Source: a virus (lineage: Duplodnaviria > Caudoviricetes). From it: a stretch of 64,000 nt of DNA. Positions 37,404 through 46,163 of this stretch are shown one piece after another; position 1 is the stretch's first letter, and each line of letters starts with the position of its first letter. The notes beneath the pieces are model-generated. The model saw only the letters and a list, made by a program, of their open reading frames with translations, ran no database searches and was not told the DNA's origin. The stretch lies in the IMG/VR virus record IMGVR_UViG_2588253758_000004. One strand, written 5' to 3'. The translations under genes and the position numbers were made by a program.

Positions 37404-37791
37404 TATTTCTATATTTTAAAATTGTTATCTCTTTATGAGTTTAGAAGTAGATACAAATACTCTTTGAAGTATAGTTCATTTCAGATTGAACTGTTTAAAA
37501 TAGATATATCTTTTTGATACTGGAGAATAGATATTTACTCTGTGTTGTAATGATGAATCAATCTATCTATAAGTGTTTTAATGTATTACAAATATTTAAA
37601 AGAGTGATATTACTACTTTCAGTAAATCAATCTGTTTTTAAGTATTAAGAAAAAGAGTAATGATACTTCAAATGGATACTTACTCTTACAATTACTCTAT
37701 TGGGATAAAGAGTATAGTATTATTATATATACTATACTGATATCTACTTAAGTAATAACTACTCTTTAATTATCTATCTTTCAATTCAATA

Positions 37792-38241
37792 CTATATTTT
37801 CATTTCATATAGGTTAAATATCTCCTCTATAACCTCTCTATTCTCTATCGACAACCACTCTTTGGCTACATTATAGGCTATACCCTTACTGAAAACATAG
37901 TTCTCAGGTTTAATAGAGTGATGAGATAATCTCCCTTCAGTTGGTTTAAGATTCAGATTATGAAGTCTACATAAACCCTCATTGTAGAAGATACACCAAC
38001 CTTCATCTTTTTGAATAGCTTGAACCATAGGAATTGTATAATCTAATCTACCCAGAACTAAACCTACAGCCCAACTGGTAGGCATAAGATACTCTTTGTA
38101 ACCTGCATCAATAAGCCTTTTGATATCTTGAGGAGTACCGAGACAAGGAGTCTTACATTGCTTCCTACACTGCTCACATTTACACTGAATAGGTTTACGC
38201 CCGGTCTTACGAATTATCTTTTTTTGTGGATCTTCTTTCAT
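37792..38241 (-). CDS. Cys-rich putative Zn/Fe-S protein (YkgJ/UPF0153-like)
   Basis: CKCEQCRKQC...CIFY...LCRLH...KPTEG. Confidence 0.55.
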   Translation of the reverse strand: MKEDPQKKIIRKTGRKPIQCKCEQCRKQCKTPCLGTPQDIKRLIDAGYKEYLMPTSWAVGLVLGRLDYTIPMVQAIQKDEGWCIFYNEGLCRLHNLNLKPTEGRLSHHSIKPENYVFSKGIAYNVAKEWLSIENREVIEEIFNLYEMKI

Positions 38242-39428
38242 TATCTTTTCGGTTTTAGCATTAGTTCAGGATGTCTGGTGTACCACAGCTCTATGATATA
38301 TTCACGTCCGGCTTTAGTCCACCGTTTTACACTACCTGTTGGATAGACCTTATCGGGAGACTTCTGCCACATATAGGGCACATCGCACTGCAAAGGACGA
38401 TACGGAGCGTGAACAACCCATTGTCGATTTTCAAAATAGATAATACCTTCCTCAGCTAAAAACCGATTGAGTGCCACGATAGAAATTTCCAACTCGTCAG
38501 CGATACGGATGCTGCGGTAATAGTCTCTATTCTCAACAAACTCTTCATAGAAAGCCACCTTATGCTCATCTTCTCGTATCTTTCGGGCTTGTTCGGCAGC
38601 GAGCATAAGAGCCTCATCGAAATTTTGAGGCACAGGGAAATTGCCCACAGCCTCACCAAGGGTTTTACGATATTCCGTTTTGACGTGTACCGGTTGTTCT
38701 GATTGTATGGGTTGCATTGACACATAACCAGTCGAGACCAGCTCTTCGATTCTGGAGTTGCACCAATCCGAAAACTCAGGCGAAAGCCAGCGAGCAAACT
38801 CCATCGCCAATGACTGGTCGATCCACGTTGCACCATTAGCCCCTCGTGTTGTAAAGACCTGACTATCCAACGAGCCGGACTTTTCTGTATCAACGAGCAT
38901 CTGCCGAAACTCTTTGACGTGTGCAAGTCCAAGCCACACGTAGGGATATTTATCAAAGCTGCGAGACATCTGAGTCGCATTGACGTAGGTTCTGCCATTG
39001 TTTGCTTTGAAAGTTATTGGAAATTTGTCTTGATAATTGAAAATTACAGGCTCTTGCGTTGAAGTTGTGGGAGCACTAATTTTGACAGTACTCTCCATAT
39101 GCACCGGCAGGGAGTTTATCCACTTTTCCATTTTATTGCACACCTTGGCAACCATTCCATTCTCTGAGGATATGCTTCTTAGCAACGAGTGCAGGTCAAA
39201 AGGTTTGACACCCCACCGATTGCGTCCGCCGACTTTGAAGGGAATGCGAAAAGCAGATCGACAGATTCGCATTGCTTGTCCGTTTTCAATTAGGTCCACA
39301 CGATCAAGTATTTTGAGGATATCGTACAGACAAAGCCACATTACCGAATCGTGCTGGTCGTGAATGACACGGACTTGTTTTTTCTCGAATCGTATTACCC
39401 CGATTTTATTGTTTAGCTTGTTCATCAT
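38241..39428 (-). CDS. Bro-N/KilA-N/antirepressor protein
   Basis: WLCLYDILKIL, YVNATQM, ATWIDQSLAMEFARWLSP, PQNFDEALMLAA, WTKAGR. Confidence 0.85.
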   Translation of the reverse strand: MMNKLNNKIGVIRFEKKQVRVIHDQHDSVMWLCLYDILKILDRVDLIENGQAMRICRSAFRIPFKVGGRNRWGVKPFDLHSLLRSISSENGMVAKVCNKMEKWINSLPVHMESTVKISAPTTSTQEPVIFNYQDKFPITFKANNGRTYVNATQMSRSFDKYPYVWLGLAHVKEFRQMLVDTEKSGSLDSQVFTTRGANGATWIDQSLAMEFARWLSPEFSDWCNSRIEELVSTGYVSMQPIQSEQPVHVKTEYRKTLGEAVGNFPVPQNFDEALMLAAEQARKIREDEHKVAFYEEFVENRDYYRSIRIADELEISIVALNRFLAEEGIIYFENRQWVVHAPYRPLQCDVPYMWQKSPDKVYPTGSVKRWTKAGREYIIELWYTRHPELMLKPKR

Positions 39429-39771
39429 CGTAGATATTTAGGTTAGACTTATTCTTATCTTTTACGATACGGCGGCGGCGTGCCATATCTCTGACCGAGT
39501 GATATTTCCTCTCTGCATTGCACAACTTGTCGTACTCCTTGAGGGTTAGTTCTGCTAAATCAGTTAAATCGACTTCGATATTATCGTCGAGATGTCTGAA
39601 ATAGAGGGCTCCGGCGGAGATATACTTGCCGTTGCACACTAATGAAATTGCTTGCGGATTGCAGTTTGTTACTTCTGCTGCAGCTCGGATTGAACGAGCA
39701 ATGGCTACTAAGCCAAATGCTCCGTTGAAAATCAATACTAGCTTTGGTTGATGGAATGGTGCTCTTCTCAT
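39406..39771 (-). CDS. Putative DNA-binding protein (NUMOD1-like HTH)
   Basis: SIRAAAEVTNCNPQAISLVCNGK...GALYFR. Confidence 0.55.
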   Translation of the reverse strand: MRRAPFHQPKLVLIFNGAFGLVAIARSIRAAAEVTNCNPQAISLVCNGKYISAGALYFRHLDDNIEVDLTDLAELTLKEYDKLCNAERKYHSVRDMARRRRIVKDKNKSNLNIYDDEQAKQ

Positions 39772-40202
39772 TGTTCTTCTAATAATTTGGTTAAGTACTC
39801 TTTCGTCAACCTGTTTCTGACTACCTGAGCAATATGAGTATCTGAAAGAACAACACCATCCAGAAGAAGCTCTGATACCCTTTCTAACATATAAACAGCA
39901 AAGTTCGGATCAACATAAGCCACAAAAAGCAAGGCCAAAGATTCGTCAATTAAGATATGCTGGGTCGCTTCATCCGTTATTATCAATTCTCCGTCCGATA
40001 ACTCATAGGCTTGTTTGACTGTCTCAAACCAGAATGAGAACTTGCGAGCAAAGTCAATTGGCGAGTTTTTGTGGTTATTCTCTTTGAGTTCGATGTAGAG
40101 AGTAGCATCAAAGTAGGTGGTGCCATTCTCTGATGTTCCGAAAACGAGTTCCGGAAATTCCATATACCTGACAGAAAAAGGAGTAACGGTTTTATATTTC
40201 AT
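39768..40202 (-). CDS. Hypothetical protein (degenerate KilA-N-like)
   Basis: YFDATLY...LIDESLALLFVAYVDP; host-type TATATTTG box at 40240-40247. Confidence 0.55.
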   Translation of the reverse strand: MKYKTVTPFSVRYMEFPELVFGTSENGTTYFDATLYIELKENNHKNSPIDFARKFSFWFETVKQAYELSDGELIITDEATQHILIDESLALLFVAYVDPNFAVYMLERVSELLLDGVVLSDTHIAQVVRNRLTKEYLTKLLEEQ

Positions 40203-40421
40203 TTTTCTTGATAAAAATTATTATACCTCAATTACGCTACAAATATAAATAAAACGACACACAAAATGCGTGTTTTTTATTGCGTAATGTTCTGTTATTA
40301 AGTATGTTATATCTGTTCGCTGGGCAGTTTTTGAGAATTTTGATATAACGATTGCAAAACAATAAAAAACAGACTAACAGACTGATATTTGAAGTTGCTA
40401 TGTATCAATTAATTTAACACT

Positions 40422-40450
40422 CAACTTTTTTTGTTTTTTGCCCCTATTCT
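40422..40450 (+). promoter_or_regulatory. Putative late promoter (one mismatch: CAAC-N18-CTATTCT)
   Basis: 16 nt before the portal ATG, on the opposite strand from the other copies. Confidence 0.62.
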
Positions 40451-40466
40451 GTAGGAAATATTTGTT

Positions 40467-41792
40467 ATGCAGGTAGAAACATCTCAAAATTCATTCAATG
40501 GGGAGCTTTTGGAGAGCATATTTCGCACTTCAAAAAAGACCATCACAGAATATGTTCGGGAGATTGAAAGAAACAATCGTTATAAATCCATACGGCAGGA
40601 CATCACTTTGGGCACTATCCTTGACGACCGCTCTCGACTGATTGACCTGTATGAGGCGTGTTTAGAGCAAGATGCTCATATCCGTTCTGTTATTGAAACG
40701 CTTGAGAGCCAGATTCTGGGCGACAGGTATATGTTGGCCCGTATGAACGACAAGGGAAAATATGTAAAGGATGTCCATTATACCCAACTCATTCAGGGTA
40801 CGCAGTTCGATAAAATCATTCGTGGCATCATAGAATCTAAATTGTTTGGGTACTCACTCATTGAGATTATGCCGCAGATCAACAAAACCACCGGCAAATT
40901 AGCCGAAGTCAATCTCATCGAAAGGCGTAATGTTCTCCCTGACCAGCATACTGTTGTCAAGCGACAAGGGTTATGGCTGCCGAACTGGGATATCTCATCG
41001 GCGGCCTACCGTGCAAATTATGTGCTGGTAAACTCCGGCGGCATAGGATTGTTCTCCGCTACTACACCGCTTATCCTTGCCAAAAAGTTCACGGTAGCCA
41101 ACTATGTGAACTTCTCGCACACGTATGGTCAACCGATTATCCACGGCAAAACGGTCTCAGAGAGCAATGCCGACCGCAAACGTCTTGCCAACGACATAGC
41201 CAATGCTGCACAGAACAAGGTAGTAATTACCGGAATTGAGGACGAGGTGGAGATCAAGACCTTTACGATGTCCAATTCAGAGAAGATATACACCTCGCTT
41301 ATCGAATTTGTGAATCGTGAAGTGTCGAACCTCATTCTTGGTTCTGAGTCGATGGCGGGAGCCACTCAATCATACGTCGGTTCGACCAAAGCTCATCAGG
41401 ACATCTTTCGTGAGCGTATCGAGGTCTATCGCCGTTACATCGAGAATGTGATGAATGAAGAGATAATGCCCCGATTGGTTGCGATGAGTTATCTCCCCTC
41501 AGACCTTGAGTTCAAGTATTCAAACCGCATTGAGATGAACAATGAAGATCGAATCAAACTCTACCAACTCATTACCGACAAATACGAAGTGGCTGCCGAT
41601 GAGATTGAAAAGGAGTTCGGCATCAACGTGGGTCGTCAACTCAATGTGGAAGTCGGTTTGGAAGGCAGTGTAGTGGGAGCAAACGCTTCGAAAGATAGGC
41701 GTGTGATGAGCGATGAGGAGTATTATCGCCGTTACGGGCATAGTAGAAGCTCCAAGGTTGCTAACTTTCTAAAGGTTCCATCAAATGGCTAA
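40467..41792 (+). CDS. Portal protein (DUF935/Mu gp29-like)
   Basis: LIDLYEACLEQDAHI, FGYSLIEI, YGQPIIHGK, NREVSNLILG. Confidence 0.85.
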   Translation: MQVETSQNSFNGELLESIFRTSKKTITEYVREIERNNRYKSIRQDITLGTILDDRSRLIDLYEACLEQDAHIRSVIETLESQILGDRYMLARMNDKGKYVKDVHYTQLIQGTQFDKIIRGIIESKLFGYSLIEIMPQINKTTGKLAEVNLIERRNVLPDQHTVVKRQGLWLPNWDISSAAYRANYVLVNSGGIGLFSATTPLILAKKFTVANYVNFSHTYGQPIIHGKTVSESNADRKRLANDIANAAQNKVVITGIEDEVEIKTFTMSNSEKIYTSLIEFVNREVSNLILGSESMAGATQSYVGSTKAHQDIFRERIEVYRRYIENVMNEEIMPRLVAMSYLPSDLEFKYSNRIEMNNEDRIKLYQLITDKYEVAADEIEKEFGINVGRQLNVEVGLEGSVVGANASKDRRVMSDEEYYRRYGHSRSSKVANFLKVPSNG

Positions 41793-42585
41793 GGTAGAGG
41801 TTAAGGAGAATAGCAAGACACGGGAACAGTTCCTGCTGATAGTGGACGCTTTCAGACGTATGCTCTACAACGTAGAGAATAGTGCTGAGCGGTTAGAGGT
41901 CTTTGACGATATTATCACATTGCGAGCTTCGTTTCTGATTGACTCCGTGCTGGATGGTTTGCGGATTGACTTTGACAGGGCAATGGAGCTTTTTCAGGCT
42001 AAGAATCTGCATCTGACCGAGCGAGATGAGTCAGAACGAGATACCCTTATGGCCGCATTTGACAATCTGGTAGATTTTGCCGTAGCCCAGGAGGTGGCAA
42101 TGATGCAAGAACTCCCCGAGGAACTCGACTTGGCTGAGATGGAGAGCTATGAGGCTATCTGTCGCAAGTACAACGAAACCTATGCAGAAACCGAGAATGC
42201 ACAGGTACTACACGCCGGGGCGATAGCTGCATTTTGGATAGGACTTAGTGCAGAATCATTGATAACTTACAATACCCAAAACGATGAGCGAGTAAGAGAA
42301 CTACACCAATCATTTGACGGGCTGACCTATCCAAAGAGTCAGTTTCCACCGGAACTAATCCCTCCAATCGAATGGGCATGTCGCTGTTATCTCACGGCAG
42401 ATGGTTACGGCTCTGTGATGGATTCTATACTTAAGCCTCAGATAAAGGTCAATCCAATTTTTGCTGAGAGCTTGGCTACCGGTGGGCGCATCTTCACTAA
42501 CGCACACCCATACTTTCGACACACGCTTCCGCCCGAGGTAGAGGCAATTAAGCAACGCATAAAGACAAAGCTATGGCTAAGATAA
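41785..42585 (+). CDS. Minor head morphogenesis protein (Mu gpF/SPP1 gp7-like)
   Basis: YNTQNDERVRELH...PPIEWACRC. Confidence 0.85.
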   Translation: MAKVEVKENSKTREQFLLIVDAFRRMLYNVENSAERLEVFDDIITLRASFLIDSVLDGLRIDFDRAMELFQAKNLHLTERDESERDTLMAAFDNLVDFAVAQEVAMMQELPEELDLAEMESYEAICRKYNETYAETENAQVLHAGAIAAFWIGLSAESLITYNTQNDERVRELHQSFDGLTYPKSQFPPELIPPIEWACRCYLTADGYGSVMDSILKPQIKVNPIFAESLATGGRIFTNAHPYFRHTLPPEVEAIKQRIKTKLWLR

Positions 42586-43154
42586 CGTTGGATGATTTTT
42601 GCAATCAGTGGAGTCGAGGAAAGCAAGTTCGCCCCTGGCACTCGCTACTGGCAAAAAATGCTGAGGACTTCGCCACGCTTGCCGGTGAGTATGCTCTAAG
42701 CCGTTTTCGCACTTCTTTTGTGGAGGGTGGTTTCTATGGCAGCGGTCAGAAATGGGCACCTCGTGAGTCGAAGTGGGGCGAAAAATTCACCCACCCGATA
42801 ATGATTGACCAAGAAGAACTTAAGAACAAAATCAAAGGAGAGATGGGCAAAGGAGGTTCTTATAGCGTGTTCGGGAAACGGGACTATCGCCGTCGCTACC
42901 GTTACGATATTTGGACTTCGGAACAAAGCAAAGCAATTAAGGGAAAGCGTGGCAAGAAGCGAGGTCGCAATCAGAGTTACGCTGCCGTCCATAATACCAA
43001 CCCTAGTTTAGGACTCTATACTGTCAATCAATACTCCTCACGTCGTCCCGTTCAGCGTCAGTTCATCGGGCATAGTGAGAAGTTACTCAATACCATCGAG
43101 AGAGTTTTTGTTCCCCTAATTTTTAGAGACTTCCCCGGATATGATAAAAGATAA
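42573..43154 (+). CDS. Virion morphogenesis protein (Mu gpG-like)
   Basis: SF..GGF...KWAPR, YAAVHN, QRQFIGHS. Confidence 0.75.
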   Translation: MAKITLDDFCNQWSRGKQVRPWHSLLAKNAEDFATLAGEYALSRFRTSFVEGGFYGSGQKWAPRESKWGEKFTHPIMIDQEELKNKIKGEMGKGGSYSVFGKRDYRRRYRYDIWTSEQSKAIKGKRGKKRGRNQSYAAVHNTNPSLGLYTVNQYSSRRPVQRQFIGHSEKLLNTIERVFVPLIFRDFPGYDKR

Positions 43155-43896
43155 GAGACCACAAATAGAACAACCGGTTACCCAAACGCCGCAAGAGAAG
43201 CAAATCATAATTCCTGAAGAGTATCAGAAAAATCCGTTTGTAGAGATGTATCAAGCGGTAAAACGCACTCTTCTAACCCTAAGAGAGAACCCCGAGAATC
43301 CATTGTCACCGCCATTCTTCAAGACCATAGCGATTGACAATGGGCAGTATCTGCGTATCATTCGAGACCGCAACCTTGAGATGGAGGTTACTTTTCCTGC
43401 TATCTTCGTTCACTTTGTCAATGTGCGATACCTTGTGCAGCAACAACGTATCGGTGAGGGGCGTGCCACTATGCGCATCCGTTTTGTGCTCAATAACCTC
43501 AATAGCTCCGATCCCGACAAGGAGTGCGAGCCCTTTGAGGTCTTCCAACGTATCAATGTAGCCATTCAGGATGCAAAGAATAGAGAACCGGCCATCAACG
43601 AGCGGTGCAATCTGACCTACTTCGATATGCCGCAAACCACCAATATGCTTCAGGCATACTGGATAGACTACGAAGTGTGGTTCCGTGAAATATCAGCATG
43701 GAAATATCGGGACTGGTTAGAACGCTATTTGGTGATCCCGCCCTTTACGAATCACTCCGATGCTCCGCAGCACGACAACAATCACCACGGTGACCACCCA
43801 AATCCGAAATATCAGGAGGTAACCGGCTATGTTCCGTCTGTAGAGCAGGAGAATAAAGAGGAGGGAGATGATTTACAGAGAAAATCACCGCAATAG
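43141..43896 (+). CDS. Putative tail completion/terminator protein
   Basis: FPAIFVHF motif; follows the gpG-like gene. Confidence 0.5.
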   Translation: MIKDKRPQIEQPVTQTPQEKQIIIPEEYQKNPFVEMYQAVKRTLLTLRENPENPLSPPFFKTIAIDNGQYLRIIRDRNLEMEVTFPAIFVHFVNVRYLVQQQRIGEGRATMRIRFVLNNLNSSDPDKECEPFEVFQRINVAIQDAKNREPAINERCNLTYFDMPQTTNMLQAYWIDYEVWFREISAWKYRDWLERYLVIPPFTNHSDAPQHDNNHHGDHPNPKYQEVTGYVPSVEQENKEEGDDLQRKSPQ

Positions 43897-43920
43897 CTTG
43901 ATAAAGAACCATAAACAACG

Positions 43921-43953
43921 AAACGGAGCGACAATAGTTTGCTCCGTTTTTTT
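43921..43953 (+). terminator. Intrinsic terminator
   Basis: AAACGGAGC/GCTCCGTTT + T-run. Confidence 0.8.
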
Positions 43954-44832
43954 ATGTCCTTGCGGTAACTATAACCAATCGTTCAAAGTTTGAACAAATA
44001 AGTAGGAATAAAACTTGAAAAAATGCCCTTATCGAGCGTATCGAATCCGCACCTGTAGGCACACCCTCCCCCGTCTTTTTTATATCTTAATAACGCTGAA
44101 TATCAATGTTTTAATAGGTTTACTTTGCTCTAAAGTAAACCAAAACGGAACTAAAACGCCAAAAAAAAGTTTGAACGCTCATAGTTGAAAATAGAGTAAA
44201 ACGGTTAAAATCGTTGTTAATTATTGATATTTAGCTTTTTACAAAGGGAAAAACTTTTATTTTTTTCATTGAAACAGTGAAAAACGCCCAAAAATGAATA
44301 TTTTTTTTGTTCTACCTACAAAAGTTTTTTCTTTCTATCTGATTTTCAAACAGTTAGAACTTTCCTCCTCGCACGCGTATGTGTTCAAGTCTATTTTTGG
44401 CGTGTGTTTCAGCCACTTACAAAAAGTTTTTTCAAAAAAAGTTTGGCGTTTGAAAAATTGGTATTATACTTAATCAAGTCCAACGGCAAAGAGTAACGCC
44501 ACAAAACGGACTTAAAAACAGTATCAAAAAACGAAACGCAAAAAAACAAACTTTGATACTGAAAAAACGCTCCTTGACAAAATAGTAGTTTTATTGTGGG
44601 TAACGCCACAAACACAAACTTTTTGCAAATTGTGGGTTATACTCACAGTTGAGTAGTTTCTGAAACACTCCAAAAAGTCCCTATGTTACTATGATTGACA
44701 AAAAATAAAAGTTTGTGCAAATTGATTTTTTGCACAGACTGCAAAAAACGTATAAAAACGCTGTAGGGTGTACTATACCCAAACGGCAAAATATAGCAAA
44801 ACCAATGTTTAACAATTAAAAATCAAAAGAAA

Positions 44833-45435
44833 ATGAAACAGTTAGCTATCAACGTGCAAAAAAACGTAACAATCATAGATTTAGTTTGCACTCCAAACGT
44901 TATTTTGTTGGCAAAACAAAGCACAACAACAAACACAAAAACGGGTGAAGTATCAACTTCAGTGCGGTTTATTGAGGTGTGCAAAGTTGAAAAAACAGAC
45001 GCTTTGACAATCGTACAAAGTTTGCTAAAGTACTGTATTACAGAATATTTTGTCTGCAGTGATATTGACAAAGATTTTGCAGATACAAACATTAAGCAAC
45101 GCAAAATTTTTAACCAATTTTTGAGCGGTAACACAATTTATCGCACCAACTCTGAAGGCAAAATTGCAAACGCTCTGGAGTCTGAAGTACCCTTCACACA
45201 AACGGCACTCAAAGTCAAAGATTATCACACTATTACAACGTGCAAAAAAGAAAATCTCAAGGCTGCAATTTTCCAACACTCCAAAGCTATTTTGTCGCTA
45301 TGTAAGTACTTGAGACTTATCATTGACAAAGCAGAAACGCTTGAGACTGAAACGGCACAAAGTGAAACAACAACAAAACGCAAAGCAACCGCTCCAGCTA
45401 TTGACGGCACACAACCAATAGCGCAAGCAAGTTAG
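44833..45435 (+). CDS. Hypothetical protein, first gene of the early-like region
   Basis: 200 aa ORF with AT-rich leader, followed by a terminator. Confidence 0.7.
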   Translation: MKQLAINVQKNVTIIDLVCTPNVILLAKQSTTTNTKTGEVSTSVRFIEVCKVEKTDALTIVQSLLKYCITEYFVCSDIDKDFADTNIKQRKIFNQFLSGNTIYRTNSEGKIANALESEVPFTQTALKVKDYHTITTCKKENLKAAIFQHSKAILSLCKYLRLIIDKAETLETETAQSETTTKRKATAPAIDGTQPIAQAS

Positions 45436-45460
45436 CACCTCCAGACCGTATCAAACCACA

Positions 45461-45497
45461 AAGCAGACCGCACCCCGAAAGTGTGGTCTGCTTTTTT
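45461..45497 (+). terminator. Intrinsic terminator
   Basis: AAGCAGACCGCAC/GTGTGGTCTGCTT + T-run. Confidence 0.8.
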
Positions 45498-45656
45498 ATG
45501 CCCTTATTTATCGTGCATAGCATAATGGTTTAATACCGCTATGCAAAAAGTTTTTCCGCCGGACGTGCGGACTTTATCCGGCAAACGTGCGGGGTTACTA
45601 TGCCCTGACGTGAAGTCGTCTCGGGGCAAATTGTCTCAAAACATAATCGTAAACGT

Positions 45657-46112
45657 ATGAAAACCAATAAAATTCTGGACAACTATTGTCGGCTCTATGG
45701 GGTAACTATGCCCGAACTTGACCCGACCCAAACTCACTATTTCGTAACCTTTTCCGCTGATGGTGTAAGCGTTCTGTATATGCACAAACCGTCAGAGCTT
45801 CTGGGGCGGATTGTGTGCGGAGCGATGAAGCGTGGCACGGTGCTGTATGTGCATAACGGCTGGGTAAAACCTTTGACGTGGGAGACGTGGAAACGCACTT
45901 GGGCGAAACTCTTTGCCCCGAAACCTCGCAAGCCTAAAGCCCTTGTCCCCAATCGTGAACCTGCATACCGTTCAGAGATTTTCGAGACAATGCAGCCGAA
46001 ACGTCCCGCCAAAAAAGCCCGAAAATGCGGCTATGAACGCACCTACAACGCCAACACCTCAATGAACCTACTATCGCACCCACTGTCGGGAGTGCGTGTG
46101 GAGTGCATCTAA
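45657..46112 (+). CDS. Hypothetical basic protein
   Basis: 151 aa ORF. Confidence 0.6.
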   Translation: MKTNKILDNYCRLYGVTMPELDPTQTHYFVTFSADGVSVLYMHKPSELLGRIVCGAMKRGTVLYVHNGWVKPLTWETWKRTWAKLFAPKPRKPKALVPNREPAYRSEIFETMQPKRPAKKARKCGYERTYNANTSMNLLSHPLSGVRVECI

Positions 46113-46163
46113 TACGCCAAAACTATGCAATCGAAGAGCCGTGAGCCGAAGAGATTACACCTA

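Noticed and set aside
45600-45640. Hammerhead ribozyme at CTGACGTGA
   Set aside because: Does not match the CUGANGA core and lacks a properly placed GAAA
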